Below, one piece after another: positions 59,018 to 64,000 of a stretch of DNA of 64,000 nt (position 1 is its first letter; every line of letters begins with the position of its first letter). The DNA is from Octopus vulgaris (Eukaryota), in NCBI GenBank assembly GCA_951406725.2, contig OX597820.1, forward strand, positions 41,416,001 through 41,480,000. Reading direction: 5' to 3'. The translations under genes were made by a program, and so were the position numbers. Under the pieces are notes generated by a model. The model worked only from the letters and a program-made list of their open reading frames with translations. It was not told where the DNA came from and ran no database searches.

Positions 59018-59561
59018 CATCATCATTATTATTGTTGTTGTTGTTGTTGTTGTATTTGTTGCGATTTGATGAGATTTGTTGCCGATGTTTCATCCCTGTC
59101 CCCCGTCTGTTTCTATAAATATTGCTGCTGTTCTTGTTAAGTTGCTGTTGTTGTTGTTGTTGTTGTTCGTATTATTGATTGCGTTGAACTTGACATCGAT
59201 TTTGTTAGCAATTTGGCTGTTGTAGTCAAAATAGGTAACTATTTTGCTCGTTGCTGCCGTGTTTGGTGTCTAAGGTCTTTATTGTTGTTTATGGTATTAT
59301 TGTTGTTGTTGCTGTTGTTGTGGTGGTTATTATGATTGGTACCTCACTCACCTCCTTTATAACCTATGTCAAAAATAAGTGACTATTTGTAAGCAACCAC
59401 TGCTTACGTTGTTGCCATTTTTGTTGTGTGAACGATATTGCTTTTGTTGTTGTTGTTTTTTACTCTTGCATACTGTTGCTTTCTTGTTGTTGTTGCTGTA
59501 GTTGTTGCTCTTGTGTTTATTGTTGTTGTTCTTGGGAATTTTCCCGTCGTGCCATTTGTAG

Positions 59562-59562
<1 letters not shown>

Positions 59563-59602
<40 letters not shown>

Positions 59603-59846
59603 TATTACTATTATTACTATTAATATTACTATTATTATTATTACTATTATTACTAATTTATTATTATTATTATTATTATTATAATAATTATTACTATTAT
59701 AATTATTATTATTATTACTATTATTATTATTACTATTATTATTATTACTATTATTATTATTACTATTATTATTATTATTATTATTATTACTATTATTATT
59801 ATTACTATTATAATTATTATTATTATTACTATTATTATCATTACTA

Positions 59847-59877
<31 letters not shown>

Positions 59878-60021
59878 TATTATCATTACTATTATTATTA
59901 TTACTATTATTATTATTACTATTATAATTACTATTATTATTATTATTACTATTATTATTATTATTATTAGTATTATTAGTATTATTATTAGTATTATTAT
60001 TATTACTACTACTACTACTAC

Positions 60022-60090
<69 letters not shown>

Positions 60091-60102
60091 TACTACTACT
60101 AC

Positions 60103-60169
<67 letters not shown>
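59563..60169. repeat. ~600-bp (ATT)n array with interspersed ACT/ATA/ATC variants
   Basis: Directly visible; source of the poly-N ORF 59369-60202. Confidence 0.95.
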
Positions 60170-60707
60170 TGGTATTGATTTTTCTTTTGGTTGTTCTTGC
60201 ATTCACTGTTAATAGAATTGGTCTTAATGTCGCATGTTGTTGATTTTGTTGTTGGTGTTACATTTTTGGGTTTGTTGCTGATACAACTGCTGCCGTTGTC
60301 ATTCTTACTACTCTTGTTTTTTCTTGTTACAGTAGCTATTGTTGTTGATTTTGTTATTGTTTTTACAATTGATGTTATTTCTGTTGGTGTTCCTTCTGTG
60401 GAAGTTGTAGTCTTTCTACTATTATTTTTGTTACTGTCAATGCTCTTGGCATCATTACAGATGTCAAAATAGGTGACTATTTCATCGGTTATATAGTCGT
60501 TGCTTATATTGTCATGGTTGCTGCTACTACCCTTGTACTACAACTTGTCTTTTTAAAGCCTATATCACAAAATATGTTTGCCTTTGGTTTTGCTATTGTT
60601 CTTATTGATAATGTGCCTCTTGTTTTTTTCTTTTATAACTCTCAAAGATTTTTAACATTTCTCAGTTTAGAGTTGATTTTGATGGAGGTGATCACATTTC
60701 TGCGGTA

Positions 60708-60925
60708 TTCCTTTCTAATATAGGCACAATGCCTGAAATTTAGAAGGGAAGCGGTTAGTAAATTACATCGACTATATTGCTTGACTGATACTTATTTTAT
60801 CGTTCCAGAACGGATGAAAGGCAAAATCGACCTCAGCCGAATTTGAACCTAGAAAGCAGAGACGAATAAAATGCCGCTAAGTATTTTGTCCAGCGTGCTA
60901 ACGATTCTGCCAGCTGAGCGCCTGA
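60708..60925 (-). mobile_element. SINE family E
   Basis: GATGAAAGGCAAAATCGACCTCAGCCGAATTTGAAC...GTGCTAACGATTCTGCCAGCT. Confidence 0.7.
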
Positions 60926-61868
60926 GACATATTTGCTAGATGGTAGTTCCAAATTTTGGTACAGACCAGTAATTTTACGGGTAAAGTAAATCGATTACAC
61001 CGACTATGAACACAAAGACACACATTCTGTAGCACACGCACTATCATGACAAGAAGCTGCAGCTACGGAAAAGCTTACTGATTACCATCTCATGTATGTA
61101 TGTATATGGAATAGATCTTTTAAGACTTTTAAGTCAAGATTACAGGAAGGTTTTAAATAATCTGTCCTATATACACATAATCTTGATTAATCTTTAAGTC
61201 AAATCTTTTCAGAAATTCGCTGAAAAGCTCTAATAGGAGCGTAAAGTAATACTTATTGTCACCACACCGATAAAGATACTGTGTTCCATAGATACTGTGT
61301 TCCATAATTAATTTTCCTAGCCAGCGCCATCTGGATTGATTTTCTGCAACCGTTATGTCGCACTTGATGACGTTTCTTCTGCTGATTCTGGAAAAGTCCT
61401 TATAAACTCCGAATATATGCATAAATACATGCACATCCCCGCACAAATTTACTCACACAGACCTGTACGTATACACAACATGCAAACACACACACACACA
61501 TGTATATATAGATGTATTGATACTTGATTTTATTTAGGTCATATATACAAAGAACACCAGCCTTATATCAAGATGAAGAATCACTCAATAATACTTGGAG
61601 GCGTGCCGCTTTTATATGTGTTTAGAAGAAAGAGAACGACACTGGCTTCGATGTTTCGGATTACTAACCGTCATCAGACAGTATGTATGTATGTATGTAT
61701 GTATGTATGTATGTACGTATGTATGTCATAATTCAGTTTTATTTCAAGATTTCTTGCCAATAGAGAAAGAGCCAGTTCCTAACCTAGATCCAAGGCTCCT
61801 TCATTGGAATTTCAACATCAGCAGCAAGGTATTTTTGTATGTTTGTATGTATACGTGCAGATTAGTAT

Positions 61869-61907
<39 letters not shown>

Positions 61908-62577
61908 CGTCTTCTCGTGAATATAGTAGCCTTTGTCAACAGTAAGTTTTTACATTTATATATAATTTCTGCGACTTCACATGCACTTCTCTGCCTATTT
62001 TCTTTCTTTCTCTCTATCCCTTTATAATCCTCTATGTTTCTTTTTCTCCCCCTCCTTTCTTACTTTCCTTCTCTCTTCCTTTCTTTCCCTTCTCCTCTCT
62101 CTTGTCCCCCTTCCCCTCTTCCTGTTGATTACACGTGACTACAAGCCATATCCCCGTCTCTGTCTTTTTTGGACGAGATGGCCAGTCAGCTGGACGTAAT
62201 TTCTCTCGCTGCTCGATATTTTTTTCTCTTCTATTTATTCTATATTCTTTCAAAATTTCTCCCAGGCGTTACCCATTACTATTCGTATTGTCCTAACAGC
62301 CTTTAATGTCTGTCTTCATCGATTGTTTATTCTGTACGTCCACTCTGGTGTCGTTTGTTCGTTAGAAATAAATGTTATATTTTAAAATTTTCTGAATGAA
62401 GTTTTCCTTGTTTTATCGTTGAAAGCTCGAAACATGTAGTAATAAACAGTCGACAACTGAGGAGGAGTTAGACTTCCTTTAGTATTTCGTCTTTACTTAT
62501 CACTGTGTACTTACCACTCGTTGGTGATATCCTACACTTAATGTGTATTTTCAATTATATACATCTTTTTGTTTTTT

Positions 62578-62906
62578 GTGGCACTCTGTCAGTTACGGCA
62601 ATGAGTGTCCCAGTTGATCCGATCAATGGAACAGCCTATTCGTGATATTAACGTGCAAGCGGCTGAGCACTCCGCAGACACGTGTACCAATAACGTAGTT
62701 ACACATGACACAAAGTTCTCAACAGAAACAGGAAAAAAAAAGTGAGAGAAAGTTGTAGTGAAAGGGAACTACAGCAGGGTTCGCCACCCACCCTGCTGGA
62801 AACTCGTGGAGCTTTAGGTGTTTTTGCTTAATAAACACTCACAACGCCCAGTCTGGGAATCGAAACCGCGATCCTACAACCGAACTACTGGGCCATTGCA
62901 TCTTCA
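62578..62906 (-). mobile_element. tRNA-derived SINE (family A)
   Basis: Reverse-complement similar to 22354-22744. Confidence 0.75.
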
Positions 62907-63060
62907 ATATATATATATTAATAGTTATTGCCAAGCTAACTTGGCAGACAAGAAAAATAGGACGAATGCTGCTGTTGATTAGCTCCAAGAAGCCATCGCC
63001 TCTAGCTAGCTATGTGACACGCAAACCTCGAACAGGAGAGGTCATCAGCTTCCTCTTACT

Positions 63061-63124
63061 GGTTCAGACAACCACAGACTAGTTTCAGGGTATTTGCCCT
63101 TTATCAATGTGGAGTAGTCGAACC
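63061..63124 (-). ncRNA. Minimal type-I hammerhead ribozyme candidate (U3-A8 core variant)
   Basis: Minus strand CCACA TTGATAA AGGG-CAAATA-CCCT GAA A-CTAG-T C TGTGG: helix I 5 bp, helix II 4 bp, helix III 1 bp with palindromic CUAG loop, GUC cleavage triplet. Confidence 0.7.
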
Positions 63125-63140
63125 CATATATATATATATA

Positions 63141-64000
63141 CTGGGAACGATGGGTAAATTTTCGCATTTTATATTTTTTATTTAGTGCTATTTGTTTTTC
63201 TTTTTGTCGACTACAGAGTAGAGTAGGATCAGTTGGGCACCGTTCATGAGAAAAATAGCACCATAACGTAATTTACTCTGCCAAAAATTTGGAAACGACA
63301 TGCTGTACTGCTTAACATTGGCGTCAGAAGCTCCAATACGAACATTTTAGTTTGAAGACAGTGCAGAGGATTCGGAAGGAGCTCGATGAATCTAATGAGG
63401 ATTACGAAAGTACGGCAGTTCGAAAATCTCACTCTGATCGTTCTGATAAGAAAAGAACTCCTGAATTTGTTGGTGAGATCCAGGCCATGATTCACAAAGA
63501 TCCCCACCCGCCCACTCACCCACCAAGTCAGTCATGTCCATTGCCAGGGACATGGGAGTGTTTGAGTTTCTTATCAGGGAGGTATTACATGAAGACATTA
63601 GGTATTCCTCATATAAGATTTCTATTAGGTATTCCTCATATAAGATTTCTATCTCAAGCCATCAAGGACAAGAGGTAAGACCGTGCTACGAAGTTTTTGA
63701 ACAAACATAAATATCCCTACCAAACGAACATGCTTTGGTCTCTCTCAGGTGAGAAAATTTTCTGCCAGGATCAGATGGCAAACATACACAACAACCATTG
63801 CCTTGCCGTGTACCCAAAACGTGTACCGAGAGTGGTAAAACCAAATATCCAGTCAACATCATGGTGCTTGGAGTGATCATCAGTGATGACGACGTTTTGC
63901 CTCCATTCATCTTCCCACACAGCCTCAGACACAATACGGAGGCCTATAAAAAGTGCCTGGAGGAGGTAGTGCTGTCCTGGGTCAAGATGGTGGCTGCTGG
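63141..64000 (+). mobile_element. Tc1/mariner-superfamily DNA transposon (maT/DD37D-like), degraded, running off the window
   Basis: Starts after TA; frameshifted transposase TVQRIRKEL...IARDMGV...LWSLSGEKIFCQDQ (degenerate FSDEK)...IMVLGVIISDDDVLPPFIFP...NTEAYKKCLEEVVLSWV. Confidence 0.8.

Noticed and set aside
63020-63055. Minus-strand CTGATGA followed by a CCTC/GAGG stem
   Set aside because: No GAAA after the stem, so not a hammerhead. The same applies to CTGATGA near 32394 and CTGAGGA near 62457.

Overview
AT-rich eukaryotic non-coding DNA (intergenic or a very long intron), saturated with microsatellites ((TA)n, (CA)n, (CATA)n, (TCTA)n, (TAA)n, (GAA)n) and short retroposons. The repeat families resemble those of octopus/coleoid cephalopod genomes (inference from recalled repeat families, not a search). 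Almost all ORFs in the track are microsatellite artefacts. Recognisable coding relics are all transposon-derived: an R4/Dong-like restriction-like-endonuclease (RLE) 3' end (31437-32122, -), a Tc1/mariner transposase (63141-end, +), and degenerate Penelope-like (PLE) GIY-YIG and RT fragments. One possible host exon lies at 34240-34400 (-). The most interesting signal is a set of about nine hammerhead-ribozyme-like motifs of the minimal type-I/PLE kind, several in short ORF-less elements next to (TA)n tracts. The best copy (63061-63124, -) has intact helices I-III and a compensated U3-A8 core pair. Different retroelement families also appear to occupy different microsatellite motifs. Coordinates were read by eye; element boundaries are approximate unless a TSD or TIR is cited.
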